The position numbers and the translations under genes were made by a program. Positions 27,664 to 40,013 of a stretch of DNA of 64,000 nt are shown here, piece by piece. Under the pieces are notes generated by a model, which worked only from the letters and a program-made list of their open reading frames with translations, made no database searches and was not told the origin of the DNA. The DNA comes from a bacterium (lineage in GTDB: Bacteria; UBA8248). The stretch is taken from positions 1,024,001 to 1,088,000 of the forward strand of contig CBDBZU010000004.1 of the NCBI GenBank assembly GCA_965213625.1, written 5' to 3'. Numbering within the stretch: the first letter of the stretch is position 1; each line of letters begins with the position of its first letter.

Positions 27664-28652
27664 TTCTCTCTCACAATCTTGTTTTTCAGGACGCCGATTC
27701 CTTCGATTTCAAGCTCGATTACGTCGCCCGGCTTTATCCATTTATCAAGATCCGCCCCGCAGCCGGTGGCCACGGTGCCCGAGCCGAACATTTCCCCCGG
27801 AACCAGTTCTTCTTCCATCGAGGCGTATTCGATCATCTTGTTCCATGAATAGTAGGCGTCGCCCGCGTTACCCCGGCTCCACTCCTCGCCGTTGACGCGG
27901 GCGATCATCACTGCGTCGGTGGGGTCGAACTCATCCGCCGTAACGACACACGGACCGATCGCCGTGCCGAAATCCTTGCCCTTGTGGGGTCCCAGCCAGT
28001 TTTTCATCTCATTGATCTGGATGTCGCGCGCGCTGAAATCATTCAGCACACTGAAGCCGAAAACGTGATCCATGGCGTTTTCCTGTGTGATGTCCTTGCC
28101 GCGCTTTCCGATGAACATGGCGAGTTCGAGTTCATAGTCGAGTTTTTTGGTGTAGTGCGGCCATTTGAGTTCGTCATCCGGGCCGATGATGGTCAAACGG
28201 TTTCCCTTGTAGCAAGAAGGAAGCTCGTACCAGATGGGGTCGATGGTGGTGTTCCGGCGACGCGCGCCCGCTGCCTTGTGTCCCTCGTGGATCAGAAAAT
28301 CGCGAAACGTGACGGGTTGGGGCACCGGAGGGCGCAAACGCGCCTCATCGAGGGAGAAGGCGAGTTGCTCCCCATCCGGTCCGCGTCTCGAAGTGTCGGC
28401 CAGAATAAATTCCTGCGCCGCCCGGGCAGCCTGTAGGGATGGTTCTCCGCCAGCCATCAGTTCGCACATATCCTGAGGAAGCCTGAAGTCCGCGTATTCT
28501 CGAAAGCGCGGTTCTGCGCCTTCTTCCTGGAGGAGCGCAGCGTAGCCGTGGGCGAGGTCCAGGGCGATAGGGCCGTCTGCGCCCTCCACCAGAGCGCCGA
28601 CGCGCGGGACGTTTCCGAGAGGGGTGGCGATTTCGAACGTAACGAATTTCAT
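27660..28652 (-). CDS. Fumarylacetoacetate hydrolase family protein
   Basis: RDFL..E.H, YKGN, LDYELE, NDFSARDIQ, KGKDF and GSGT motifs. Confidence 0.88.
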   Translation of the reverse strand: MKFVTFEIATPLGNVPRVGALVEGADGPIALDLAHGYAALLQEEGAEPRFREYADFRLPQDMCELMAGGEPSLQAARAAQEFILADTSRRGPDGEQLAFSLDEARLRPPVPQPVTFRDFLIHEGHKAAGARRRNTTIDPIWYELPSCYKGNRLTIIGPDDELKWPHYTKKLDYELELAMFIGKRGKDITQENAMDHVFGFSVLNDFSARDIQINEMKNWLGPHKGKDFGTAIGPCVVTADEFDPTDAVMIARVNGEEWSRGNAGDAYYSWNKMIEYASMEEELVPGEMFGSGTVATGCGADLDKWIKPGDVIELEIEGIGVLKNKIVREN

Positions 28653-28802
28653 TGCTGTCTCCATGAATGAGGCAGGTGATACGGGAGTTCCGAGATTGTT
28701 TGGAAAATAGCACAAATCCCCTGGCGTGAGGAGGTGAAGCGTACCGGAGAACGAAGGCCAAATACCCTGAATACTGGAAGTTGTAAAAAATTCCTCCGGG
28801 GC

Positions 28803-28831
28803 TTGACTTCGACCATGGCTGTGGGTAGTTT
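28803..28831 (+). promoter_or_regulatory. Sigma70-like promoter of the atp operon
   Basis: TTGACT-N17-TAGTTT. Confidence 0.55.
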
Positions 28832-28975
28832 TAAGCGTTTTTCGGGGCAGGACATCAAGCCATGCCCCTGAAAACCATACGATTTCATACGCCATTCCCC
28901 GACGGTTTTTCGTGGAAGCGCCCGAATCTCCTCGGGATGGGTCTGTGCCCTATAAGGCATGATGCAGAGGAAACG

Positions 28976-29554
28976 ATGGTCCGCCTTTTCCGCTTGAAAC
29001 GATTCGCTCTCGGCCTGACGCCAATTCTAATGCTTCTGGCCGCGCCGTCTATCTCTTGGGCGGCGAGCGCTCCCACGAGCGGCTTCGGCGCTTGGCTCGC
29101 GAGCTTCAACGTGGGAAGCGGCGCCCTCGTCATCAACCCGGTCGTCATCCTGATTCAGTGGACCAACTTCCTGATCCTGTTGGTTGTCCTCAACAAAATA
29201 CTGATTAAACCCCTGTTGAACCACATGGAATCGCGCGATTCGCAGATCACCGGCGATCTCGAGACCGCCGAGCGTGACAGGAGCGAGGCGGCAGGCTACA
29301 TCAGCCAGTACGAGGACGCTCTGGCGGAAATTCAGCGCGAGAATACAGAAGCTCTCATTGCGCTCCAGCAGGAGATGACCGAAACGACTCGTAAGCGACT
29401 CGACGATATTCGCGAGAGAACAGGCCGCGAGATTGAGGAAACGCGTCAGTCCATCGCTGCGCAGGCGAAACAGGCGGCTTCCGAGCTCGAGAGTAGCGCC
29501 AGCCGGCTGGCGGGTGATATCGCCACGAGGCTTGCGGGCCGCAGCATCGCATAG
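28976..29554 (+). CDS. ATP synthase F0 subunit b'
   Basis: IQWTNFLILLVVLNKILIKP followed by a coiled coil; first gene of the atp operon. Confidence 0.82.
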   Translation: MVRLFRLKRFALGLTPILMLLAAPSISWAASAPTSGFGAWLASFNVGSGALVINPVVILIQWTNFLILLVVLNKILIKPLLNHMESRDSQITGDLETAERDRSEAAGYISQYEDALAEIQRENTEALIALQQEMTETTRKRLDDIRERTGREIEETRQSIAAQAKQAASELESSASRLAGDIATRLAGRSIA

Positions 29555-29569
29555 AGGATTCGACAAGCC

Positions 29570-30172
29570 GTGCTTTCAGAGAAAAAATTCAGCAGCCTTT
29601 TGGGCCTTCTTGTTCTGGTGGCGGCCCTGCTTTCTTCGGAATGGGTCCTGGCCGCGGAGGCCGGAGCTCACGCCAAGGCGTTCAGCTTCACCGAGGAACT
29701 CTTCAAGATCGTCAACACACTCATCGTCGTGGGCATTCTCTACAAGGTCGCGTATCACCCCATCAGGAACTTCCTCAAGGACAGAAGAGAGGGGATACGC
29801 AAGGCGCTCGAGGAATCCCGGGCGGCCCGCGAAGAGGCGGAAAAAGAGCTTGCCGAGCAACGTTCCAAGGTGGCCGATCTGGAAGCCGAACTCGTGCGCG
29901 TTCGCGAACAGGGTAAGAAAGAGCGCGCCGCGATGCAGGAGAGACTGGAAGAAGAACAGGAGAATCAGGCGCAGCGCCTGCTCGAGCAGACGAGAACGAC
30001 CATCGAGCTCGAGGCTTCCAAGGCGCGCGCGGATCTACAGAATCAGGCGGCGAGTCTGGCGTTGAACCTGGCAGAAGAGATGCTCAAAAAAGAGTTGGGC
30101 GAGGCGGATCAAGAAAGATTCGTCGAAAACTATCTCGCCAAGCTCAATGATAGAAACGGAGGATCGCTGTGA
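29570..30172 (+). CDS. atpF: ATP synthase F0 subunit b
   Basis: TM segment plus coiled coil (PIRNFLKDRREGI); operon position. Confidence 0.85.
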   Translation: MLSEKKFSSLLGLLVLVAALLSSEWVLAAEAGAHAKAFSFTEELFKIVNTLIVVGILYKVAYHPIRNFLKDRREGIRKALEESRAAREEAEKELAEQRSKVADLEAELVRVREQGKKERAAMQERLEEEQENQAQRLLEQTRTTIELEASKARADLQNQAASLALNLAEEMLKKELGEADQERFVENYLAKLNDRNGGSL

Positions 30173-30711
30173 TTGGTGGCGAGGCGGCGCGCCGCTATGC
30201 GCGTGCGTTGGTGGACATTGCCGAGAGCCGTAGCGTTCTGGATGAAACCGGAGAAGCGCTGTCGGAGATAGCGGGCGAGTTCCAGGGAAATCTGGAGTTG
30301 CGGCGCGTTTTGCTCAATCCACGATTTGCGCGCGCTGAGCGGGTGAAGATACTCGATGAGATTATGGCCGCATCGGGCGCAGACGAGTTGTTGCGCAACT
30401 TCGTGCGTGTGGTGGCCGAGAAAGACCGCATCGGCGAACTCTCCGATATGGCGCACAGTTACCAGCAACTTGCGGATGAGAGACGCGGCCGGGTTCGCGC
30501 ACAAGTGAAGGCGGCTTACGACCTGGATGCAGAGGCCATCGAGGGTCTCCGCGAAAAGCTCTCCGAGATTACGGGCCGTGAGGTACTCATGGGAGTGGAG
30601 ACGGACGAGACACTGATTGGCGGGCTGGTCTGTCGCGTTGGCGGCGTCATTATGGACGGCAGCATCAAGAACCAGCTACGCAATTTAAGGAAAACGTTGA
30701 TTACGAGTTGA
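30169..30711 (+). CDS. atpH: ATP synthase F1 subunit delta
   Basis: ARRYARAL and LIGG...DGSIKNQL motifs. Confidence 0.9.
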   Translation: MIGGEAARRYARALVDIAESRSVLDETGEALSEIAGEFQGNLELRRVLLNPRFARAERVKILDEIMAASGADELLRNFVRVVAEKDRIGELSDMAHSYQQLADERRGRVRAQVKAAYDLDAEAIEGLREKLSEITGREVLMGVETDETLIGGLVCRVGGVIMDGSIKNQLRNLRKTLITS

Positions 30712-30749
30712 TACTCCAAGAACAAGTTGAAGGATCAAGGGGGCAATCC

Positions 30750-32291
30750 ATGCAGATTCGCGCCGAAGAAATCAGCCAGATCATTCAGAAACAAATCGAG
30801 GGTTTCGACGCCTCGGTCGAACTCGCCGAGACTGGCAGCGTCATTTCGGTGGGCGACGGCATCGCCCGTATCTATGGTCTCGAGAAGTGCATGGCCGGTG
30901 AGTTGCTGGCCTTCCCCGGTGATTTGTTTGGGATGGCGCTCAACCTCGAAACCGACAACGTCGGCGCCGTGCTCTTAGGTGATGACCGCGCCATCAAGGA
31001 GGGTGACGAGGTCCGGCGCACGGGCCGAATTGTCGAGGTGCCCGTCGGCAAGGCGCTGGCCGGACGCGTCGTGAACGCGCTGGGCCAGCCCATCGACGGA
31101 AAAGGCCCCATCGAGACCGATGATACCCAAAACCTTGAGGTTATCGCCCCCGGCGTGGTGGAGCGCCAGCCCGTGAAAGAACCTTTGCAGACGGGCATCA
31201 AGGCGATCGACGGCATGGTGCCGATTGGCCGCGGCCAACGCGAACTCATCATCGGCGACAGGCAGACCGGCAAGACCGCTATCGCGATCGACGCCATCAT
31301 CAACCAGAAGAACACCGACGTGTATTGCATCTACGTCTGCACCGGCCAAAAGCGTTCCACGCTTGCGCAGGTGGTGAGCACGCTTGAGGAATACGGCGCG
31401 ATGGACTACACCGTCGTCGTGGCGGCCACGGCGTCAGACCCGGCGCCCCTGCAGTACATCTCCCCGTATGCAGGGTGCGCTATCGGCGAATATTTCCGCG
31501 ACAACGGCATGCACGCGCTGATCATCTATGACGACCTTTCGAAACAGGCGGCGGCCTATCGCCAGCTTTCTCTCATGCTCAGGCGCCCGCCGGGCCGCGA
31601 GGCCTATCCTGGAGATGTCTTCTACCTGCATTCGCGCCTACTGGAGCGCGCGGCCAAGCTGAACGACGATTTGGGCGGCGGTTCGCTCACGGCCCTGCCC
31701 ATCATCGAGACGCAGGCGGGTGACGTGTCGGCCTATATTCCGACGAACGTGATCTCCATCACCGACGGGCAGATATATCTCGAATCCGCCCTGTTCCACT
31801 CGGGTATCCGGCCTGCCATCAACGTGGGTCTTTCCGTCTCCCGTGTGGGAGGCGCCGCACAGAACAGGGCGATGAAAAAGGTGGCCGGCACCTTGCGCCT
31901 CGATTTGGCGCAGTACCGCGAGATGGCGGCTTTCGCACAGTTCGGCTCCGAGCTCGATGCGGCCACGCAGGCGCAGCTCGCACGGGGTTCTCGCCTGACG
32001 GAACTGCTCAAGCAACCCCAGTATGCGCCCGAGATAGTACACCGCCAGACCATGTCAATATTCCTGGGCACGCAGGGCTATCTCGATAATGTGGATATCG
32101 AAGACATTCAAAAAGTGAACAACGACTTCCTGACTTATATGGAGACGAGTCACTCGCAGCTGGTGAGCGATCTGATCGAAAAGCGCGAGTTGACCGACGA
32201 GATCACCGAGGGCATGCGGGCCGCGTGCGAGGAATTCATGAAGACGCTCCAGACGGCGGAGCCCGAAGCGGCGGCTGCCGCGGCGGAGTAG
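30750..32291 (+). CDS. atpA: ATP synthase F1 subunit alpha
   Basis: GDRQTGKT and [21 protein letters not shown] motifs. Confidence 0.97.
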   Translation: MQIRAEEISQIIQKQIEGFDASVELAETGSVISVGDGIARIYGLEKCMAGELLAFPGDLFGMALNLETDNVGAVLLGDDRAIKEGDEVRRTGRIVEVPVGKALAGRVVNALGQPIDGKGPIETDDTQNLEVIAPGVVERQPVKEPLQTGIKAIDGMVPIGRGQRELIIGDRQTGKTAIAIDAIINQKNTDVYCIYVCTGQKRSTLAQVVSTLEEYGAMDYTVVVAATASDPAPLQYISPYAGCAIGEYFRDNGMHALIIYDDLSKQAAAYRQLSLMLRRPPGREAYPGDVFYLHSRLLERAAKLNDDLGGGSLTALPIIETQAGDVSAYIPTNVISITDGQIYLESALFHSGIRPAINVGLSVSRVGGAAQNRAMKKVAGTLRLDLAQYREMAAFAQFGSELDAATQAQLARGSRLTELLKQPQYAPEIVHRQTMSIFLGTQGYLDNVDIEDIQKVNNDFLTYMETSHSQLVSDLIEKRELTDEITEGMRAACEEFMKTLQTAEPEAAAAAAE

Positions 32292-32298
32292 GTGAAAA

Positions 32299-33180
32299 AT
32301 GGCCTCTACCAGAGATTACAAGCGCCGCATACGCAGCGTAAAGAACACCCAGCAGATCACGAGAGCGATGAAGCTCGTGGCTGCTTCGAAGGTGCGGAGA
32401 GCGCAGGAGCGCATCGAGAGCGCCCGGCCCTACAGCGAGAAAATTGAGGAGCTGGTGAATTCGCTGGCCGCGAAAGTCTCAGCGGACACGCACCCCCTTC
32501 TACGCGACGACATGAAGGACGACAGGGTGCTTCTGCTCGTCATCACCTCGGACAAGGGCCTTTGCGGCGGCTACAACACCAATTTACTTCGCCAGGCATT
32601 TCAGTTCCTGAGAAAGCGCGAGGAAGAGGGCAAAGAGACAGAGATAATCGTCGTGGGCCGCAAGGGCCGCGATTTCCTCGCGCGACGGGAATATGCGTTC
32701 AAAGAGGAGTTCACCGAAGTCTACGGGAAGATTGACTTCGCTCTCGCCACACAATTGGCCGAAATTTTGACCAAGGCGTACCTTGAAGAGGGCTTCGATG
32801 AGGTCCACATCATCACCACGGAATTTCGCACGATTTTGAGCCAGAACCCTAGGCTCTCGCGTCTTCTGCCCTTGGCCCCCCCGGTGCCCGAGTCTATCAA
32901 CGAGCAAGGTGAACCCGTGGCGGCGGAATACATTTACGAGCCCTCGATGGAGGGCGTGCTGGACAGCATCTTGCCGAGACACGTGCGGGTGCAGATCTAC
33001 AAATCGCTCCTCGATGCGGAGGCGAGCGAGTTCGGCGCCCGAATGACGGCAATGGACAACGCGTCCAGAAACGCCGAGGAAATGATCGGGACACTGACAT
33101 TGCAGATGAACCGCGTGCGCCAGGCTTCGATCACCACGGAGTTGCTCGAAGTGGTGGCCGGGGCCGATGCGTTGGCGTAG
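32299..33180 (+). CDS. atpG: ATP synthase F1 subunit gamma
   Basis: QITRAMKLVAA, DKGLCG and NRVRQASITTE motifs. Confidence 0.96.
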   Translation: MASTRDYKRRIRSVKNTQQITRAMKLVAASKVRRAQERIESARPYSEKIEELVNSLAAKVSADTHPLLRDDMKDDRVLLLVITSDKGLCGGYNTNLLRQAFQFLRKREEEGKETEIIVVGRKGRDFLARREYAFKEEFTEVYGKIDFALATQLAEILTKAYLEEGFDEVHIITTEFRTILSQNPRLSRLLPLAPPVPESINEQGEPVAAEYIYEPSMEGVLDSILPRHVRVQIYKSLLDAEASEFGARMTAMDNASRNAEEMIGTLTLQMNRVRQASITTELLEVVAGADALA

Positions 33181-33227
33181 AGGATTACGGATCAGAGAAA
33201 ACATCTCCGAATAGAGCTACTCGATGA

Positions 33228-34688
<1,461 letters not shown>

Positions 34689-34692
34689 GAGA

Positions 34693-35118
34693 ATGGTTGA
34701 AGGCAAGATGATGCTCGACATCGTAACGCCCGAGCGGAAGCTCGTCTCCACCGAGGTGGACGAGGTGACGGCTCCGGGGTTTTACGGCGAGTTCGGCGTA
34801 TTGCCCCAGCACACGCCCTACCTGTGCCAGCTCGGCGTCGGCGTGCTCAGCTACCGTACGGGCAGCGCGCGGTATTTCATCTCGATCATCGAGGGATACG
34901 CCGAGGTAGGACCGGACAAGATAACCATCCTGGCGGAGAGCGCCGAGCGGGCCGAAGACATCGACGCTGCGCGCGCGCAGGAATCGCGCCAGCGCGCGCA
35001 GGAGCGCATGGGGGGCCAGAAGAGCGAGGAAGAACTCGATTTCGATCGCGCCGAGTTGTCCTTGAAGCGCGCCATCACCCGCATTTCCGTAGCGAACCAA
35101 AGCGGCCTCAACAACTAA
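34693..35118 (+). CDS. atpC: ATP synthase F1 subunit epsilon
   Basis: IVTPER, GEFGVLPQH and ILAESAERAEDID motifs. Confidence 0.93.
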   Translation: MVEGKMMLDIVTPERKLVSTEVDEVTAPGFYGEFGVLPQHTPYLCQLGVGVLSYRTGSARYFISIIEGYAEVGPDKITILAESAERAEDIDAARAQESRQRAQERMGGQKSEEELDFDRAELSLKRAITRISVANQSGLNN

Positions 35119-35132
35119 CGGGCATTTCGCAT

Positions 35133-35179
35133 GGGGGCTGTTGTTTACCTGAAAGGGTGAATGACAGCCCTCTTTTTTT
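35133..35179 (+). terminator. Intrinsic terminator of the atp operon
   Basis: Long stem GGGCTGTTGTTTACC/GGTGAATGACAGCCC with GAAA loop, followed by T7. Confidence 0.75.
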
Positions 35180-35288
35180 GCCGTATACATGAGGCCGAAA
35201 ATCTTGTGTCGATTGGATTGATCGCTAAGAGTGAGCAATCAAAATATGCCGTCTGAAAATGGAAGTTTCGTTTCCAGGAGATGATGTC

Positions 35289-35732
35289 ATGAAAATTTTG
35301 TCCCTCGCTATTTTTACGGTCGTGATTTCGCTCGCTCTGGCGGCGCCCTCTCATCCGGCGGGGGATCCCAAACCCGAGATGGCCGGGCAGAATTATGCGC
35401 AAGGAGAGGAAAAAGCGCGGCAGGGAAATTGGGCGGAAGCTGCGGCCCTGTTCCAGAAGGTGATCGAGGAAGACGATCAGCATTACAAGGCCTTCAACAT
35501 GCTGGGCTATTCTTTGAGGAAGTTGGGCAAGGCGAAAGAGGCCATTGCCGCTTACAACAAGGCGCTTTCCATCAAGCCCGACTACGCGCCCGCTCTCGAA
35601 TACAGGGGCGTCGCCCACGTCATGGCCGGAAACAAGGCGGCCGCGCTGGCGGATTTACAAAAGTTGAAAACCCTGGGTTCTCCCCTCGCAGAAGACCTTG
35701 ACAAGCAGATCGCGGCCATGCCGGCCAACTGA
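35289..35732 (+). CDS. Exported TPR-repeat protein
   Basis: Signal peptide; AFNMLGYSLRKLG..EAIAAYNKALSIKPDY. Confidence 0.82.
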   Translation: MKILSLAIFTVVISLALAAPSHPAGDPKPEMAGQNYAQGEEKARQGNWAEAAALFQKVIEEDDQHYKAFNMLGYSLRKLGKAKEAIAAYNKALSIKPDYAPALEYRGVAHVMAGNKAAALADLQKLKTLGSPLAEDLDKQIAAMPAN

Positions 35733-35782
35733 TTCTCCTGATCATAAATCCGCCCTGCAGGATGAGACCCGCGGGGCGGTTT

Positions 35783-36973
35783 TTATATGCGCATGAACTT
35801 CATGGGGAATTTCTGGAGGGCGCGCGCACCGGTCTTGGTGACTTCCACGAGGTTTCCCACCTGAAGGCCGCGCCTGCCGTCCGCCGTGCAGACGTTGGGC
35901 TGAATCACCATGAGCATTCCCTCCTTGAAGGTGATTTCGTTCTGGGGCCGCTTGAGGATGGTGGCGCCTACATCCACGCGGGGGTTTTCGATGAGCAGCC
36001 CCCAGCCGTGGAAGGTGGTGTCGAAGGTGGTGAATCCTTCCTCCTCGATGATGGAGCCGGCGCGCTTGATGTCCTCGTGCGTGTTGCCCGGCTTCAAGGC
36101 CTCGAGGATGCGCTCATAAGCCTCCACGCTCACCTCGTAGAGTTTCCGGTAGATGGGCGTCGGCTCAACGCCTACGGAGATGGGCCGGTGCGCCTGGCCG
36201 GGGTGCATCTCGTAATCGGCGGAAAGCTCCGTGAGCACGATATCGCCTTTTCTGATCTTGCGGTGCGAGGGGAACTGGTTCGGGAAGATTAGCTGCGGTC
36301 TCGCCATGGAGGTCGAACCCACGAAAATGAGCTGCGGGCTCCCGCCTTTGGGCACGTATGCGCCGGAGATGGTGGCGGCGAGTTCGAACTCGCTCATGCC
36401 TGTCTTTGCTTTTTTATCTAGTGCCTCGAATGCCATGTCCGTGAGCGCCGCCCCGCGCCGGAACCACTTGAGTTCCTCACGGCTCTTGATGAGCCGCACT
36501 TCGGCAAGGATGTCCGAGGCGTCGGTGAAGTTCGCACCTTTGAGGGTCTTTCGCCAGTGATCCACTACGCTGAATGGCATGGAGACGGGCAGAATGCCGC
36601 GAAAGCCGACAAGGCCGATGGTTCCTTTCGCAAGGCCCAGTTCGCGGATGCGTCCCTCGACCTTGAGCCCCGGCTCGTAGTCCACGGCCTCTGTTTTCGC
36701 GATGACGCTCATCTTCTTGGCGTAGGGGAGATAGAGCCTGTTCGACATGAAAAGGGCGGGCGCACCCTTGAGCGGAAATACGAAGAAACTGCTCACCGGG
36801 TCCTTGTAGTTCGTGACGTATTTCAGGTTGGCCTGGTTGCCGCCCTGCATTCCCGAATCCCCGTAGAAGATGAGGACGTCGATTCCCCGCGCGCGCATCC
36901 TTTTTCTGATCTCGCGGTAGCGTCGCGCGTATTCGGTTTTCGGGTAGCGGGGAAAATCTTTTGCAGAAGCCAT
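35783..36973 (-). CDS. M24/creatinase-fold protein (Xaa-Pro peptidase family, apparently metal-free variant)
   Basis: N-terminal creatinase domain, RLIKS.EE, HGWGL; IQP in place of IEP. Confidence 0.8.
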   Translation of the reverse strand: MASAKDFPRYPKTEYARRYREIRKRMRARGIDVLIFYGDSGMQGGNQANLKYVTNYKDPVSSFFVFPLKGAPALFMSNRLYLPYAKKMSVIAKTEAVDYEPGLKVEGRIRELGLAKGTIGLVGFRGILPVSMPFSVVDHWRKTLKGANFTDASDILAEVRLIKSREELKWFRRGAALTDMAFEALDKKAKTGMSEFELAATISGAYVPKGGSPQLIFVGSTSMARPQLIFPNQFPSHRKIRKGDIVLTELSADYEMHPGQAHRPISVGVEPTPIYRKLYEVSVEAYERILEALKPGNTHEDIKRAGSIIEEEGFTTFDTTFHGWGLLIENPRVDVGATILKRPQNEITFKEGMLMVIQPNVCTADGRRGLQVGNLVEVTKTGARALQKFPMKFMRI

Positions 36974-36993
36974 TGTAGTGTCTCCCTGGTGTT

Positions 36994-38001
36994 CTATGCC
37001 TTCAGCGCGGGCATAAGTTCGTCGGAGATGAGCCGCGCGCTCTCAAGCGCCGAGGAGGCAGGCATGCCTATCCAGTGCGTGCGGAAGATGAAGTGGTTCA
37101 CGCCCATGTCCTTGTAGGGCTTGAGCTCCTCGTAGCAATCCTCCGGCGAGCCGATGACGAAGCGATCCTTGAGCAGGTCTTCAAAGGGCTGATCGAAGGT
37201 CTCATCCCCGGGCAGGGCCTTGTCCTGCCCCCAGCGGGCGTAGTCCCTGTATTTCTGGCCAAGGTAGGGGCCGGCGAGTTCGAGCGCCGTTTTCCTGTCC
37301 TTGGCGCAGAAGACCTCCTTCATGCAGGGGAGCTCCTCGGGCATGGGTTTACCCGCCTCGGCCAGGCCTTCGCGGTAGACGTCCATCTGGCGAGCGATGG
37401 TAGCCGTGGTGGCGTGGGGGTTGATGAAGAGCGTATCGCCCATGTGCGCGGCGCGCTTCACGGCCGGGTCGTTGTTCGCTGCGAACCAGATGGGCGGATG
37501 GGGTTTCTGCACGGGGCGCATGTTCATGCGCACGTTATCGAGTGTGCAGTATTCGCTCTCGAACGACACGGATTCTTCCGTCCAAAGACGCTTCACCAGT
37601 TCGAGGCAGTCAATGAAGCGCTTCACCCGCTCTCCCCGCCGGACGCCGAAGGCGTCGAACTCCACGTCGCGGTATCCCAGGCCTACGCCGAACGCCATAT
37701 TGCCCTCGGCGATGACGTCCATGGTGGCGACTGTCTCCGCCACGTAGACCGGATTATGCAGATTGATGAGCAACACGCCGATGCCGAGCATCATGTCGCC
37801 CGCCTCGGCTTTTAAGCGTGCGAGAAATGGCAGGTTTTGCAAGTGCTGCACGTTGCCCTCGCTCAGGTAGTGCTGGCCGGTGAAAAAAGAATCCCAGCCC
37901 TTGTCGCGCGTCAGGCGAACCAGATCGATTTGAGAGCGGAACGCATCGACCAGATTGGCGTCCAGGGTTTGTTGCGCGGACAAAAAGATGCCGAATTTCA
38001 T
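36994..38001 (-). CDS. LLM-class flavin-dependent oxidoreductase
   Basis: MKFGIF, QHY, PVYVAE..ATMD, GVGLGYR..EF and PVQKPHPPIW motifs. Confidence 0.88.
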   Translation of the reverse strand: MKFGIFLSAQQTLDANLVDAFRSQIDLVRLTRDKGWDSFFTGQHYLSEGNVQHLQNLPFLARLKAEAGDMMLGIGVLLINLHNPVYVAETVATMDVIAEGNMAFGVGLGYRDVEFDAFGVRRGERVKRFIDCLELVKRLWTEESVSFESEYCTLDNVRMNMRPVQKPHPPIWFAANNDPAVKRAAHMGDTLFINPHATTATIARQMDVYREGLAEAGKPMPEELPCMKEVFCAKDRKTALELAGPYLGQKYRDYARWGQDKALPGDETFDQPFEDLLKDRFVIGSPEDCYEELKPYKDMGVNHFIFRTHWIGMPASSALESARLISDELMPALKA

Positions 38002-38040
38002 ATTTAAACCTCAGGAAAAGCGTTTTATCCGTGATGGTGT

Positions 38041-38077
38041 AAAAAAACCGCGGGGGGCGCCTATCCGCCCCCCGCGG
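38041..38077 (-). terminator. Intrinsic terminator after SBP copy 1
   Basis: 12-bp stem CCGCGGGGGGCG/CGCCCCCCGCGG with an A7 tract (U-tract on the minus strand). Confidence 0.75.
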
Positions 38078-38101
38078 CGTGTGAAGCGAAAAACACCCGC
38101 T

Positions 38102-39631
38102 TTAGTTCATGCCGAGCACTTCGATCTCCCAGGGGAGAAGCGTCTCGTCGTGGCGCGGAGTCCACTTGAGATTCGCCCGGTGGCCGAGTACGTCGTGGAT
38201 CTTCACGACGATCTTGTGCGTGGCCAGTTCTTTCATCTTGTCGGTTACGGCCTCGAACGCCATCTGCTGTTCTTTCTCGTCGATGGTGGAGTTGGCCTTG
38301 TCGATCATCGCATCCAGCTCCTTGAAGCACATGCCGCTCCAGGCGCCTTTGCAGCCCGACGTTCCGCGAAGCACGCCGGAGGAATCGCCCCCGCCGTTGC
38401 CGAAGCCCATGTAGTAAGCCGCAGCGCCTTTTTTCTTGCCCGCTTTGTAAGCGCGGTGGTTTTTCTTGAAGAGCGGGAATCGCTGGGAGTTGCACTTGGC
38501 GTCCACACCGACTTTCTTGATCATGCCGGCGATGGCCTCACACGTGGCCTTGTCGCCCGGGTAGCGGCCGTTCGTGGCGATGATCTCCATCTTGAAGCCC
38601 TTTTCGTGTCCGGTTTCCTTCAAGAGGGCCTTTGCCTTGGCCGGGTCGTAGCCGTACCATTTTTTCTTCGGGTTGTAGCCCGAATAGTTCCAGGGGTGGA
38701 GCATTTGACCGAAGAGGTCGGCGCGTCCGCCCAGGATGGTCGTGCGAATTGCTTCCGCGTCGATGGCGTAGTTGATCGCCCTGCGCACCTTCACGTTGGC
38801 CATCGGGCCGCCGTGTCCCGTGAAAAATCCCATGTGCATGATGCGCACGGCGGGGACGACGGCGATTTTCGTTTTCGGGTTTTTCTCGACCTGAGGGATG
38901 AACTGCGGCATGATGCCCCAGGCCACGTCGATCTCGCCTACCAGTAGCGCCTTGGCGCGCGTGGCAGTCTCTCTAATGCCCCGGAGTACGATGCGCTGCG
39001 GTCGTTTCGGGAAGTTCTTGTTGTTCCACCAGTTCGGGTTCGCCTCGAACTCCAACCTCTGGCCCTTCTTAAAAGATTTCAGGATGTAGGGACCCGTGCC
39101 GTAGGTGTTGCGCGTAAGGTGGGCGAGTTCCATTTTTTTGGTCTTCAGGCTGATGGGGCCGGCCCAGCGGGTCAGGCGGTTCCACATGCCACTGTCATAT
39201 TGTTTGTTGTGGTAGATGAAGGTGTTGTCGTCGACAACTTCGATCTTATCGAGGTTTTTGAAGTATGTTCTCTGGCGCGCGGACTTCATGATACGGCTGA
39301 AGGTGTATTTGACATTCTCGGCGGTCAGACGCGTGCCGTCCGAGAATTTCACGCCCTTTCTCAGACTAAACTTTGCTTGCGTTGGAGTGACTTTCACCCA
39401 CTTGGTGGCGAGCCAGGGCTTTTTCTCACCCGTTCCGGTCTCGGCGTGAATCAGGGTGTCATAGCTCCAACGCCAGACCATCGCGCCGATGAAACTAGAA
39501 ACGCGGTGTGGGTCCATTGTGTTGGGCAGGTTCGAGAGAGAGATAGTGACGGTGCTTTTCGCGTGTGCCGTCGTGAGCGCTCCTAGCACCAGCATGGCGA
39601 AAGCGGCCAGAATTACGAGAAACTTGCGCAT
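38102..39631 (-). CDS. ABC transporter substrate-binding protein family 5, paralog 1
   Basis: Signal peptide; PWLA, KFSDG, GTGPY and VRRAINYAID motifs. Confidence 0.9.
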   Translation of the reverse strand: MRKFLVILAAFAMLVLGALTTAHAKSTVTISLSNLPNTMDPHRVSSFIGAMVWRWSYDTLIHAETGTGEKKPWLATKWVKVTPTQAKFSLRKGVKFSDGTRLTAENVKYTFSRIMKSARQRTYFKNLDKIEVVDDNTFIYHNKQYDSGMWNRLTRWAGPISLKTKKMELAHLTRNTYGTGPYILKSFKKGQRLEFEANPNWWNNKNFPKRPQRIVLRGIRETATRAKALLVGEIDVAWGIMPQFIPQVEKNPKTKIAVVPAVRIMHMGFFTGHGGPMANVKVRRAINYAIDAEAIRTTILGGRADLFGQMLHPWNYSGYNPKKKWYGYDPAKAKALLKETGHEKGFKMEIIATNGRYPGDKATCEAIAGMIKKVGVDAKCNSQRFPLFKKNHRAYKAGKKKGAAAYYMGFGNGGGDSSGVLRGTSGCKGAWSGMCFKELDAMIDKANSTIDEKEQQMAFEAVTDKMKELATHKIVVKIHDVLGHRANLKWTPRHDETLLPWEIEVLGMN

Positions 39632-40013
39632 CGTCTTTCCTCCTTTAGAGGGACAGGTTGCGAAAATCTACTCCTGCTAGATGAAAAATCACTATTGTAA
39701 TCACTTAAACAATTTGTGATTTTTCTCGCCTAAATATTGTCATATGTCTAAATTTATCATGGATTCGAACGAAGCGTCAAAGCAAGGAAACGACTTGTCG
39801 ACGCCTGGATTCCTGGTGAAGGCGGGGTGCCTCGTCGTGAAAGCTGGAAGATTGTGTCGTGGTTTCGGAATTTCGGGGAGTTCTATCCTTGGTCGTAGTT
39901 AAAGTGAGGACAAATCAACATCGCCGCTGTGGGGGCTCGAACATCCACGAGATCGACAGATCTGATGATGTCGAGCCGCCCACAACGGCGAGATGCAGCG
40001 AAGAAAGCCCGGC

